In this document: in pieces, positions 1-11,260 of the stretch
How positions within the stretch are numbered: position 1 is the stretch's first letter
Layout of the letters: each line of letters starts with the position of its first letter
Assembly (NCBI GenBank): GCA_964188305.1
Contig: OZ076890.1
Direction: 5' to 3' (one strand)
DNA length: 64,000 nucleotides
Source of the DNA: Podarcis bocagei
Taxonomy: Eukaryota
Program-made: the position numbers and the translations under genes
The notes under the pieces: generated by a model
The model's database searches: none
What the model saw: the letters and a program-made list of their open reading frames with translations, nothing else
Told to the model about the DNA's origin: nothing

Positions 1-706
1 GTGCTAAAGAAGAGCCTTAGGTACCAAATAATCTCCATGAACCTTAACACATGTTTATATGGGAATGGCTTGTTGCCAAACCAGGCCCTGGGTTAGTTTT
101 TCTGCCTGAACCAAACTTCCATCCGTTTGTCACATCCATGTACATGGAGGTGATAACTCAGAATGTGGTCTTCAGGCACATACTGCAGTTCTACTGCTAA
201 AGCTAACTGGGTATAGCCCCCCAAAAATCCCTGGATGAGACTACCTAGGGGATCACAAGCCACTCTGAGCTTTTAGGAGTAAGTGTAAGGTTGTCCTGGG
301 TCCTGTATTGGAAATACCTTTTGAGTTAATAACTCCTTACAAATATTGCTTTGCCAACACACAGTATTTTGCTCTGTCCCACAAAATGCTTGATGCACAA
401 AAACCTGATTATAGCATAAAAGAATGAACATGTTTTGGTGATGCATTTGAATTTGAGCTCCTTCAGGTCTGCAGCATTTCATCTAATAAGGGATATTATC
501 TGGAGATAACTTAGCCATGTGTTAGTTTTGGACACATAATTTTTTTAAAGAATTGTCATGTAAACGCAACTGGTAAGTATATGTGCCATATAATTTGTTA
601 CATTGTGAAAGCTTGGTGGTGTGTGATGTACAAATATTTCAGTTAATTCATATTTGGATTAACTGGTTGTTTTTTGGAACTAACAATATATGTTTCAATC
701 ATTCAG

Positions 707-778
707 CTAAAGAAGCTGCTGCGTTTGGGCCTCTCCCAGCACAAAGGAAACTTCCAGTACAAAGAGCAGAGCTGGAAG
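707..778 (+). CDS. EGFL6: EGFL6 coding exon (linker before MAM domain)
   Basis: ttcag|CT..GAAG|gtaggc, phase 1/1; AKEAAAFGPLPAQRKLPVQRAELE resembles EGFL6 EAGEFGLILVQRK. Confidence 0.8.
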
Positions 779-803
779 GTAGGCAGATTTTAAAAGGATT
801 ACT

Positions 804-1666
804 TTTGCGTGGGCAGGCGGAGTCCCCAGATCCTGCACGGTCCCCCCGTCATGTGGAATAACGACTCAAGACAACGTGCTATGGGATTAAATTGGCCACA
901 ACTTTATTAAATTTCAAATGTGGGTAGACCTTGGCTCAGGCATTGGGCGTTCTCCCTCCCTGGTCCCCAGCCGGGGACCTAGGGAGCATCAGGGTTATCC
1001 AGTGTGTGTGTGGGGGATGGGCCAGCTCTGGAGAACATATGTTCAAGCAGAGATGGCCGCCCCCGTAACGCCGCCGCCGCAGGGGAGAGCAATGACAACC
1101 TTTCGGTGTACGGCCAAAGCCTCCCTTCAGAAAACCCCTTTAACGGGGAACCCTGGTATCGCCGCCGCAAGAGGAAGATGGACAAAAGGATTCCGCCCAA
1201 GGCCTGATACCGCCAAAGTTGTGACGTTTTGCTACGGGAAAGGCGAAACCTGCCAATGCAGGGAAATTCCTTTCCGGCCCTTTAACAGCGACCTTAACGT
1301 AGCAGCGCCCGCATACCTGTGAAGAAAAGTTAACCTGCAAAAACCTGTGAAGAAAAGTTAACCTGCAAAATAAGACATTAACTGAGGGTGGGTAGGGTGG
1401 GAGAAGCTCTGGAGCCAAGTGAGGATTCCTAGGTGAGATCCTCCCTCTATTGTGTGGGCAGGTAATCCCTCCCCTACCTGGCCTGGTCTCCTTGGCAACG
1501 CTTCCCCCAGGTGGGATTGGACAACTGACTGAGGTAGGCGGAGACCTCCAGGTATCACACCTGAGGGAAGGCAAAGCCAAGCCTATGCTGTTGGGGCCGC
1601 TCCAGGTCTAGGGGCTGCACGCGCCCACGCAAAGGGCGCCCCCCGTTTTAAGCGGGGAGCGGTCAT
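804..1666 (-). mobile_element. Unclassified GC/CpG-rich insertion in EGFL6 intron (LTR-like, or non-autonomous DIRS/Ngaro-like)
   Basis: Abrupt GC/CpG-rich block in an AT-rich intron; minus-strand AATAAA near 903-908; 11-bp inverted repeat tttgcgtgggc (804-814) / gcccacgcaaa (1623-1633); internal 28-bp tandem duplication 1315-1370; no TSD found. Confidence 0.55.
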
Positions 1667-1772
1667 TGTTTTCCTCTAGTGGTGGTGTCTTTTCATGGGA
1701 TCCTTCACTGGGTGAACTTCAGGACATTAAAAATGATAATAGACAGCCTTTTTTGACAGACAGAATCCAACA

Positions 1773-1855
1773 CTGCAATCCTAACTATGTCTACTCAGAA
1801 GTAAGTCCTATTGAATTCAGTTGGGCTCGGGTAAGTGGCTTCAGAATTGCAGCCT
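1773..1855. mobile_element. Short palindromic MITE (gctgcaatcct...aggattgcagc type); related degenerate copies near 26098-26183 and 35715-35800
   Basis: Termini ctgcaatcct / agaattgcag with gtaagtcctattgaa core, recurring in the window. Confidence 0.5.
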
Positions 1856-2619
1856 TAGATTAGTTAAGTACTTTTAAGATCTTCTATGGGTCTGTTTATA
1901 AAATTCATATTTTTTCAAGCCTGTCCCTCCATCAGTCAAACTCATAGTATCTGTAACCTCCCATAAATCTTCCTGTGCTTCTATCTGGACATCCTTCTAC
2001 TTCTGTGTGTGGTTCCAATTTCTCATGTGTACCATATCCCATTTAACTTAATTGATTCTGGCTGTGCTGGTTTCAACCTGACTGCAGTTTATCAAGAAAT
2101 ATTACTGAAATATGAGATGAGGTACACTGGTACACCAAGATTCTTATCCAGAGCTTATCTAGGCAGCGTCACCTTCCACTGGATTCCACTTCTCCTGGAA
2201 ATAGGGCAAAAAGATACAACAAGAGATTGGTACAACTAGCACTCTTTGCTGATCCGAGTTTGCAGTTCAGAATAGCAGCGATGAGCATAGACAACTGCAT
2301 CATGTCTGCATTATTTGCAAATATTGAAACACACACTGCTAGCAACGTGTGAACAAGTCAGACAGTTCTGTGTCTGAAAGCAATATATTCAGTGCAATAT
2401 ATTATCCTGGCTAAGTGGGAATAGTTTGTCCATGAACAGCTCCAATGCAGCTGACTGAATAAATATATATAGCTTATCTTAGGGGAGAAGGACTGAAAGG
2501 GAAGAGAGTTTTGCCTTGCTTTACAGCATTTTAAAAGTGCTTCATCCACTATGTGTAATACAATACCTTGTATTTCCTTTCTCTGAATACCTCATCTCTA
2601 TTTCTGGACCTCACCTAAG

Positions 2620-2706
2620 TGGACTGCAGCTTTGGGCAAGGGTCTTGTGCCTGGCAGCAAGATATAAATGATGACTTTGACTGGGATCCTGCGGATCATG
2701 ATAATG
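2620..2706 (+). CDS. EGFL6: EGFL6 coding exon (MAM N-terminus)
   Basis: [29 protein letters not shown]; acceptor ctaag|TG, donor G|gtaata; not in the ORF track. Confidence 0.88.
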
Positions 2707-3043
2707 GTAATATTCCTAGATATACAATGCCTCCCCCATCCCTTGGCCTCGCTTGGCTTCCTCTGTGTGTCCCCTCCTAGTTAAGAAGTGGAGTTTGATC
2801 ACTAGAAAAAAAGCAGGAAATGTGCTTATATATCAGATCATTGGTCAGTTCAGAAAATAGACCATGGTGTATTGGATCAAGATCAAGAGTTTTCCTCGCA
2901 TGCTCAAATGCAACGTTTTCCCCAGGGGTTTGTTGCTCATTATGACCAAACCAGGAAACTGTGGTTTGATCTCTGGCCATAAACCATGGTTTGATCCTGG
3001 TTAGATATTTTATAGATGGACATGATTAAACAACAGTTTAACA

Positions 3044-3297
3044 GAGAGCCAGTGTGGTGTAGTGGTTAAGAGTGGTAGGCTCGTGATCTGGTGAACCGGG
3101 TTCGTGTCTCCGCTCCTCCACATGCAGCTGCTGGGTGACCTTGGGCTAGTCACACTTCTTTGAAGTCTCTCAGCCCCACTCACCCCACAGAGTGTTTGTT
3201 GTGGGGGAGGAAGGGAAAGGAGAATGTTAGCCGCTTTGAGACTCCTTCGGGTAGTGATAAAGCGGGATATCAAATCCAAACTCTTCTTTTTCTTCTT
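3044..3297 (+). mobile_element. tRNA-derived CORE SINE (Squam3-like), near full length
   Basis: Pol III A-box tggtgtagtgg, B-box-like ggttcgtgtc, CORE-like gctgggtgaccttgggctagtcac, (CTT)-rich tail. Confidence 0.8.
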
Positions 3298-3652
3298 TCC
3301 AGATGTAATGAGAAATTGGTTTATAACAAACCCCAGAGGGTTTGTATTACGGATGGGGAGAGGGAAGGAGAGAGTGCATGAATGTATTTGTTATCATTGC
3401 AACAAATCATGAATTTCTAGACCCAGAAAGTCACTTGTGATCCAGACCAATGTATGTCTTTGGTTTCATCTGCTGCCTGATCATTTTTATCTGGAGATGT
3501 CAGGATTTGGACCTGAGACCTTCTGCATGCGAAGCATAAGCAATATCACTGAACTATAGTCTTCCCCCTGTGGTAAATAACCAAAATATTTAAGATGAAA
3601 CAAAAGTAACATTCCGTTTCTCACTTTCTAAACCCCAAATATCTCTCTCTAG

Positions 3653-3921
3653 GTGATGGATATTACATGATGGTGCCTGGGTTCGTGGGTCACAAGAAGG
3701 ATGTTGGTCGTTTGAAACTTCTTCTCACTGATCTTGAGCCAAAAAGCATATATTGTCTGATTTTTAGTTACCGACTTGCAGGAGAAAGAGTAGGGAAACT
3801 ACATGTGATCCTAGGCAGCAGCGGCAGCAGCAGTCCTTCTTGGTCACAGAGTGTGGGAGATGATGAGCAGTGGAGGACTGGACAAATGGAAGTCCACACA
3901 GGGGCTGAAACAACGATGAAT
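3653..3921 (+). CDS. EGFL6: EGFL6 coding exon (MAM core)
   Basis: ctctag|GT..AAT|gtaagt; GDGYYMMVPGFVGHKKDVGRLKLLLTDLEPKSIYCLIFSYRLAGERVGKL. Confidence 0.95.
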
Positions 3922-4057
3922 GTAAGTTAAAGATTAAAAACCACCTGCAATGACCAGTGTAACTAGTTGCAGTTTGCTCTGGCTGCTGGCAAGTTGTAAT
4001 TATGGCTATATGGTACCTCTGGTTAAGAACGTAAGAAGTGCCTTGGATCAGACCAAA

Positions 4058-4366
4058 GCCCAGTATACCTGAAGGAGCATCTCCACCCCCATCATTCAGC
4101 CTGGACACTGAGGTCCACTTCCGAGGGTCTTCTGGTGGTTCCCTCACTGCAAGAAGTGAAGTTACAGGGAACCAGGCAGAGAGCCTTTTCAGTGGTACCC
4201 TCCCTGTGGAAGGTCCTCCCATCAGATGTCAAGGAGATAAAGAACTACACTTTTGGAAGACATCTGAAGGCAGCCCTATATTGGGAAGTTTTTAATGTTT
4301 GACATTTGACCACGTTTTTATATTTTGCAAGGGAAACCCAACCAGATTGGGCGGGGTATAAATAAT
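4058..4366 (+). mobile_element. L2 LINE 3' fragment
   Basis: Degenerate L2 ORF2 end (PVYLKE..RAFSV..LW) and terminus gggaaaccca.ccagattgggcggggtataaataat. Confidence 0.75.
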
Positions 4367-4561
4367 GAAACTTCCGATATTTACCCCAAGCAACTAGTAC
4401 TCAGTGGCATATTGTTATTGTTGTTGTTAGTTCAGCATCTTTTTCTCACAATGGCAAACCAGGTGCCTGTGGGAAGCTCATAAACACCACATGATCGAAA
4501 CACCACTCTTCCCCACATATTCTCCCCAGCAACTGGCATTCAGAGACAGGCCACCTCTGAT

Positions 4562-4645
4562 CATAGCTGTCAATTTTTCCCTTTTCTTATTCCTATTCAG
4601 AATAAGGGAATTTCCCTTAATAAAAGGGAAATGTTGACAGCTATG
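4562..4645. mobile_element. 84-bp hAT MITE
   Basis: 24-bp TIR catagctgtcaa..tttccctttt (2 mismatches); perfect 8-bp TSD cctctgat at 4554-4561 and 4646-4653. Confidence 0.9.
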
Positions 4646-5121
4646 CCTCTGATGCTGGAGGGTAGTACGCAGCCATCATGGCTAAGTAGTCACTGATAGC
4701 ATTGTTCTCTATGATTTGTCTAAGACCCATCCATGTTAGTGGTGTAATGAATTCCACTGTTTTAACTATGCAGTTTGTGAAGCGGTACTTCCTTTAGCCT
4801 GCCCTAAAATATTCCAACATTCACCTTCACTGGATGAAGCTGGGTTCTAGTATTAAAGGACGCAGAAAGGTCCAGAGACAATATGCCACTGAGTACTAGT
4901 TGCTTGGGGAAAATAGCAGAAGAGTCCTGTTGCCCTTCAAGACCTCCTTGGGGGTTTCTTGGAGACATCTAGTTTGCTGCTATGGGAAGAACAGTGCTGG
5001 ACTAAATGGATCTGTTGGTCTGATCCAGCAAAAGGTGGTTCCTACGTTCTTATTCTATGGGCCTGATTGTAGCATGATGGGCTCAAGGCTTCAGAGATAA
5101 ATGTCTTACTGCAAATTTATA

Positions 5122-5144
5122 TGTGTGTGTGTGTGTGTGTGTGT
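5122..5144. repeat. (TG)n microsatellite
   Basis: Read directly. Confidence 0.9.
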
Positions 5145-5857
5145 AATTTGGGGACTGGAGTATTCGCATCAGAGGCCATTGGAAGGTGAGGAGGCTGGAA
5201 ACATTTGTTGGGCCTGTTACCTATTTCTCTTGCCCATATCTCCACTAACAACTGGGCCTATTAAATACATCTGGACAAAGGTGAAAGAGTATGGCATGCT
5301 GGGCAAAGATGGAATAACAAAATGGCAGAATTGGGCTTTGTGAAATGGTATGGGAATGTTAAGAGGGCAGTTGTGGTTTTGGTTTTTAGTTTTAGCTTTT
5401 AAAATAGGGAGAGGCATTAAAGTGACAAATACATTCCACTAATTTTTAGCTCAACAAAAGGGGTTTCGGTATAAAGAAATATAAACCAAAAACATACTAA
5501 GCAAAAAATTCCTTGACAAAGCCATTCAAGAGTTAAGGTTGAATCAATGATCATGCATAAGAACAGAAGACAAATTTGCATTGCAGCATACTACTGGACA
5601 TGAGCAGAATTTGAATATTTATTTGTGTTGGGTTTGTAAAGCTGAATTTTAGATCTTTAGATCTTATTTTGAAAATCTTCTTAATCCATAGAGAAGCATA
5701 AGATGTCTCATTATTTCAGTGAATTTTTTGATATGGTGGTAATAATAATAAAAATGTGAATGTTGCACAGTTCAGTTTTCTAACTTATGAGCATCTAGTA
5801 CGTCTTGATAATTTGCACTTCTTCTGTTAATAATGTTTTCCCCACTCATTTTATTAG

Positions 5858-5968
5858 ATCGCTTTTGAGGCAGAACGTGGAAAAGGTAAAACTGGAGAAA
5901 TTGGAGTGGACAATGTTACACTGTTTTCTGGTCTGTGTCCTGAAGACCATTTGACATTGGATATCTGA
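5858..5968 (+). CDS. EGFL6: EGFL6 last coding exon
   Basis: ttattag|ATC; [36 protein letters not shown]; AATAAA at 6611. Confidence 0.95.
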   Translation: MAFEAERGKGKTGEIGVDNVTLFSGLCPEDHLTLDI

Positions 5969-6765
5969 GCGTACTATTTTAAATACTATTATATTATTTG
6001 TTGTACTGGTCCAGAATTTTGTATCATTGTGAGCTAGATAAAGTGCAGATCTGGAAACCAAACTTCAATACAGACAGATAAACCGACAGGTAAAAAAATG
6101 TCTCCAGTTAGAAACTACATTTGTATATAAAATATACTAAACTTTGGTTTATGTGTAGCTCCACTGTATTATATCATTTGTGGTCAGGGTCTTATATAAT
6201 GTGAAAATATTTTGCCTAGATTTCCTGGGGGGGGAAGTGTTTTACATATAATTTCTTTGAAAGAAAATGCCTATTGTCGTATATTCCCCAAGTTCTCCTG
6301 CAGGAATATGAAACAGGATCTTCAAAAGGATATGTCATTTCTTGTAACACTTAGGACTCCTACAATTTGCTACAGCTCTGTGGGTACCCTGGTGTACGCC
6401 TGGTGGTTGCTGCAGTAAATAAGTAAAGCATTAAAGAGAGATACATGTCTCCAAAGACACATGGATGTGTTGGCCGGACAGTTACCTGATGAGTATCTGC
6501 CCACCACACTTTCAATGTTAACTGACGCAAACACCAATAATATTTGCCTGGACTCTGGAATCATTTTTCTGCCTAAATATTACAACTGTTTGAATTTATT
6601 TTTCTCCTAAAATAAAAAGTCAGCTTCTCTACTTCCCTTGTAAATCCAACTACAGCTATTTTAAAAGATGCTTTAAAAAAAATAATGCCAGTGGATTTGG
6701 CGGGGCAAGTGTTTTTATAAATAAATGAAACTATACCATATTGATTTGGTGAAACTTTTCTTTAT

Positions 6766-6799
6766 GGGGAAACTCAGCCAGATGGGTGGGGTATAAATA

Positions 6800-6848
<49 letters not shown>
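6766..6848 (+). mobile_element. L2 extreme 3' stub with expanded (TTA)n tail; a second stub at about 6918-6980
   Basis: ggggaaactcagccagatgggtggggtataaataat followed by (TTA)n; same terminus as at 4330-4366 and 9181-9260. Confidence 0.75.
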
Positions 6849-7992
6849 TGGTAAAAGTGATGACACAGGCACATAAGGCCACAAATTAGTCCTAAAGTAT
6901 TTCAAGCAATGGTTGTTGAGTTGCTGGGGCAACCCAGTCATATGGGTGAGGTACAAATAATAAAATTAGTGTTTATTATTATGTTGTAATTGACAGTGCT
7001 GGGCACCCATGGAGCACAGTGGCAGGTTAAAGCAGACAGAGACTATATGCATTCATATAGGTCATTTCCCCCTTTCGTAGCCAACAATGTTGGGTCACAA
7101 AAACAGATAATTCCCAATTCCTGTGTTTGCATGAACACCTGGGAGAAGAGTTCTGATGTGCAAAACCTTTCTTATTTCTTTCATTATGGAAGACAGTGCT
7201 GTGCACATATTCTTGTGACTCCCCCAAACATGAAAGTGAAGTGGTTGGGCCATGCTTGCTAGGGCTTTGTAAGTGGATCAGTGTGGTTTTGCAGCTTCAT
7301 GGGGAGGAAAAATATGAAGGTCACAATAATACAGGGAAATAAATATGCTTGAAGCCATGGAAATCAACCTTTCACTGGTATCTGAGAAACAATGCGTTGG
7401 TTCTCTCCGCCTTGTATATATTTATTCATCATTAAGTTGATCATATTTATCCATGATTGCTGAGGAGAAAATATATAATTAATGTCAAAATCGACAAATT
7501 GCACTGATTTACCCCCACTGTATTTTCCTCTAAACTGAAGACATATAAATGGTTTTGTGTGGGTTTTTTTAAAAAAAATTGCTAGCATTACCTAGGAATT
7601 ATTATTTTTCATATGTATGAATGGTTACCAAAATAAGCGAAAAGGAATACTGTTGAATGATGTGTATGAGTTACAGATATTGCTCTTGGAACTTATCCAA
7701 TTATATTTTATAAATAACTAGATTTGTTTTGAAAGTGTAATAGCACATCTGGAGACAGATTTGAGCTGAAAAAGGAAAACATTTCCTAAAGATGTCTAAG
7801 CGATACAAAGTGATAATGACAAACTTGAAAAATTCAGTCAGTTCATGAGAAAGCATTTACTTTATGTGTGTCTTTGTAAACTATGTATGCTGAACAGCTT
7901 TTAATTAGAATTCGACTGATATTGTGCAAAGGAGTATAAATGTACAAGCTTTTCTGGAACAGCAAAAGCAGCTATTTTCCTTTTGTTAATAC

Positions 7993-8250
7993 AAGAACAT
8001 AAGATAAGTCCCTCTGAATCAGACTAAATGCCCATCTAGACAAGCATTCTGTTCTCACAAGATGCCTTGAGAAGTTCAGAAGCAGGACATGAGCACAACA
8101 GCACATTTATGTTCATGATGCTCAGCGACTGGTATGCAGAGACATCCTGATACTGGAGGTAATTCATAGCAATCATTCCTAGTTAACCATTGATAGCTTA
8201 TCCTCCATGAATTTGTCTAATCCCCTTTTAAACCAAACCAAATTGGTGGA
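7993..8250 (-). mobile_element. CR1 LINE 3' fragment
   Basis: Minus-strand translation TNLVWFKRGLDKFMEDK is a CR1 ORF2 C-terminus; tail aagaacataag. Confidence 0.8.
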
Positions 8251-8990
8251 AAAGATGGAAGGAAATCTTGATTTTCTATTGCATACCATCATGCAGTTTG
8301 CATAGTGCTTGCATCTATGGTTGCCAGCTGCCCCTACTCCAGGACACATGGGCTTCTCCTGTTGTTCCAGTGACCTCTCCAGGGTGCCTGGCAGCTGGTC
8401 CACTGTACACCTGTGTCATCACCTTTTCTGGGCGATGGGCATCTGATATCCTGCTGCTCCAACTGAGGCAACTCCAGCTAGCCTTTCCAACACTGGAAAA
8501 CTGCTCGGTGAACTGGTGACAGAGATCAGAAGGAGGGAGAGAGATGGCTTATGGGAGGAATATGTGGAATTAAAATGTACTTTGTCAACCTGTGCGGGGT
8601 GGGAGAGGAGAAGGCTGGCAAGTGGCGAGATGTGCAGATGAAAGGAGGTAGAAAGAAGACACTATGGAACCAGCAGGAGAAAGCCAAAAAGTAAGAGGCT
8701 GGAAGGGGATAACCATTTGAAACTCCCCACTCATCCTTTTAAGTTGTGGATCAAAAGAGTCACATGCCAGTTTTTTGTTCCTTAGTTACTCCTATGTCCC
8801 AGATGGGGTCCTTTATTTTTATTGCTCTGTCTCAGCTGGTACCCACCAGTGTAACAGGCAACTATGGTCAAGTCGCCAGTGGTAACTCACACGAGACTCC
8901 ACAGTGTTGCATCCTCACTATAATATGCAAAAATGTTTCTGTGTTTAGATTGAGGTCCATGGGCACTTTCTGCACTATGGTTAAAAACAC

Positions 8991-9142
8991 TGGTTTTGCC
9001 AGAAGTGACTTAGTTGTGCTGGCCACATGACCTGGAAAAACTGCGGACAAACGCCGGCTCCCTCGGCCTGTAAAGCGAGATGAGCACCGCAACCCCAGAG
9101 TAGTCTGTGACTGGACTTAACTGTCCTTTACCTTTACCTTTA
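8991..9142 (+). mobile_element. Sauria SINE (Squam1), 5'-truncated
   Basis: gctggccacatgacc..cgcaaccccagag..(ACCTTT)n tail; matches copies at 15542 and 24065. Confidence 0.85.
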
Positions 9143-9180
9143 AGATGGTATAGTATTGCATCCTAGCTGTATGTCTGACT

Positions 9181-9261
9181 AAGCCACCCAGAGTGGCTGG
9201 GGAAGCCCAGCCAGATGGGTGGGGAAAAAATAATAAAATTATCATCGTCGTCATCATCATC
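9181..9261 (+). mobile_element. L2 3' stub with (ATC)-type tail
   Basis: aagccacccagagtggctggggaagcccagccagatgggtgggg. Confidence 0.7.
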
Positions 9262-9435
9262 CCCATTCCATTCTGGTACATTTGAATCCACTTTGTCTGG
9301 TGCATAGGTGAAAAGAATATTTTGATATTGTAATATACAATACAGCGATGCATGTAGATGTACAGCCCGTGGGAATCCTCTGCTTCCCCTGCAAATTACC
9401 AGTGCCTTTAGCAAAAACATCCAAAGGTTTTACTG

Positions 9436-9941
9436 CAGTGTTTCCCAACCGGTGTTCCGCGGCACACTAGTGTGCCGTGAGACACCGGCTGGTGTGCCGT
9501 GGGAGGGAGGCGGGCGAGAGGCGGCGGCGAGAGGCGGCAGGGAGGATCCGCGTCGAGCCGGGGCGGCTCCGCGGTGGTCGTGCCGAGCGGCGGGGCAGCG
9601 CGCGCAAAAGGGAGGAGCGCGAGACAGCGGAGGAGGAGGAGGCCGGCATGTCCGGGCAGCAGCAGCAACAGCAGCAGCAGCAACTCCCGGCGACGGCTCC
9701 TCCTCCGCCCGCTATCGCAGCCGCCGCCGCCTCAGCTGCCGCCGCCGCCTCAGCTGCCCTCGCTCTGCTGCCTCCTCCCACCCCGGCAAGGGGGAGGGAA
9801 AAAACTTTCATTTTTGTGCGTCCCTCCCGGCGTGACGCTGCGCGCTGACGTCACGGGGGCGGGGCTTTAATGGTGGTGTGCCGCGAGATTTTTTTCCGGT
9901 AAGCAGGTGTGCCGTTGCCCAAAAACGTTTGGGAAACACTG
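9436..9941. mobile_element. Non-autonomous hAT element with GC-rich, triplet-repeat cargo
   Basis: TIR cagtgtttcccaa / ttgggaaacactg; perfect 8-bp TSD ttttactg (9428-9435, 9942-9949). Confidence 0.92.
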
Positions 9942-10341
9942 TTTTACTGATTTTAGTGCAGCTTCCAGCTGTTCTAAATGTTGGACTATACAACACCAGC
10001 AGAGGGCAGTAGATATTCAGACTTCGATCCTGCAGATGAAGGCATAAAACAGTTTTGTCTCTCTCGTGATTTTGCACTAGATCACTGCTATTGTAGTTTA
10101 AAAAGTTATTTCAGTATGGGTCTCTTTGCCTTTGGGAAACGTGGTTGGTATCCCCAATGAAGAAAGTAAGAAGTCTTTATTGCAATTGCTCAGAAAGTGA
10201 AACTACCTTTAGCTTCATTTCTTAATGCAGCTTTAACTTTGCAGAAGTATTCATGCACTAAAAAAGTGAAGTTTGTACAATTTCCTAAACTGCAATGAAG
10301 AGGCCAATTAGTTGGAAAGGTAGTTGTATTTTACATAAGCC

Positions 10342-10645
10342 CTTCTGGCTTGCACTCTTTCTAAACAATTGAGGAAATTATCACCCCTCTTTTATTGTCC
10401 ATTCCGGGTCGCCCAGCCGCTGCCATAGAGTCCTTTCTCTTGACAGATCAAGATGAGCAGGTGACAGCAAAGGTTGAAAGGTATTTAGCTGGGGCAATCA
10501 GAATAAGATCCACTATTTGACTATTAATTCAAAACCCTAACATGTATTTTATATAATTTACTTTTTATTTATGTTCTTTGTATATCGTATTGTTTTATTG
10601 CTATGGCCGATGGCTGACGCAAATAAAGTTTAATTCATCCATTCA
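10342..10645 (+). mobile_element. 5'-truncated LINE 3' end (family uncertain)
   Basis: 11-bp TSD ttacataagcc (10331-10341, 10646-10656); AATAAA followed by an (ATTC)-like tail. Confidence 0.7.
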
Positions 10646-10749
10646 TTACATAAGCCTCTTTGCGGTGGAGAGGAGGAGTACGGTCTGAGTACAGTCTGTA
10701 TTTCTATCGTTAAGAGCAGCAAAAAAAAACCCCTCCTTAATTGTGCTGT

Positions 10750-11260
10750 GCTTTTCGTGTTTCGACGTGTTGTGAAGTAACGTGTTGCGGCTTGCACGAG
10801 AATTGGTGGCGGGGTAGATTGAGTTGTCACAACCCTCAGTATCTGGGCAAAGGGAGAGAGCGCCTGCGCGCCAACAAGATGCCCTGTGCGCTTCGACCGC
10901 CTCACAACAGCGACCCGCGAAGTCCCAAGCGCGTCTCGCGCGCCTCCTCGACTGCCGAGGCTCCAAAGCTAAGAGCGGGAGCGCGCGCGCGCGCACCGTG
11001 CGCCCTTCCCCCAGAGGGGCGGGGCCGGGGCCGGGGAAGGCGGAGGAAGCTGCTCGGGCCAGGTAAGCGGAAAGTGCGCTCGCGCGCTGCTACGTGCGCT
11101 GTTCCGGGTGGGAGGTTTGGAACGCCGGTGTGTTGTGGGGTCTCCCTGTCCCCGCCCCCCCCATCCCTCCTCCGTGGTGGAAGCTGCTCCGGCCCTTTGT
11201 GGATGTCACCTCGGAGGAATGTGGCCCGCCGAACAGAGGAAGCTGCCTGATACCGGGTCT
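10750..11260 (+). promoter_or_regulatory. TCEANC: TCEANC CpG-island promoter and non-coding exon 1 (donor after 11062)
   Basis: CpG-dense; NRF1-like gcgcctgcgc 10860-10869; GC box ggggcggggc about 11016; ETS cggaag; donor CAG|gtaagc. Confidence 0.8.

Larger units (their letters stand above)
4024..4870 (-). mobile_element. CR1 LINE 3' fragment, interrupted by an L2 fragment and a hAT MITE
   Basis: taagaacgtaagaagtgccttggatcagacc tail resumes at tagttcagcatc (about 4428); parallels the CR1 copy at 7993-8250. Confidence 0.7.
707..5968 (+). other. EGFL6: EGFL6 gene, 3' part (MAM-domain-encoding exons); 5' exons lie upstream of the window. CDS pieces 707-778, 2620-2706, 3653-3921, 5858-5968
   Basis: Spliced translation [80 protein letters not shown] matches the EGFL6 C-terminal MAM domain; exon phases are consistent; synteny with TCEANC-RAB9A. 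Confidence 0.93.

Noticed and set aside
1203-1250. ctgatac..gaaac as a hammerhead core
   Set aside because: Lacks CUGANGA and convincing helices
918-1580. 134-aa and 146-aa ORFs in the intronic element
   Set aside because: Non-ATG starts and no gag, RT or recombinase motifs
6774-6956. Poly-Asn ORF
   Set aside because: Antisense translation of a (TTA)n LINE tail
9408-9870. Six overlapping ORFs read as a standalone gene
   Set aside because: They largely overlap a TIR/TSD-bounded transposon and are open because of GC-rich triplet repeats; treated as TE cargo
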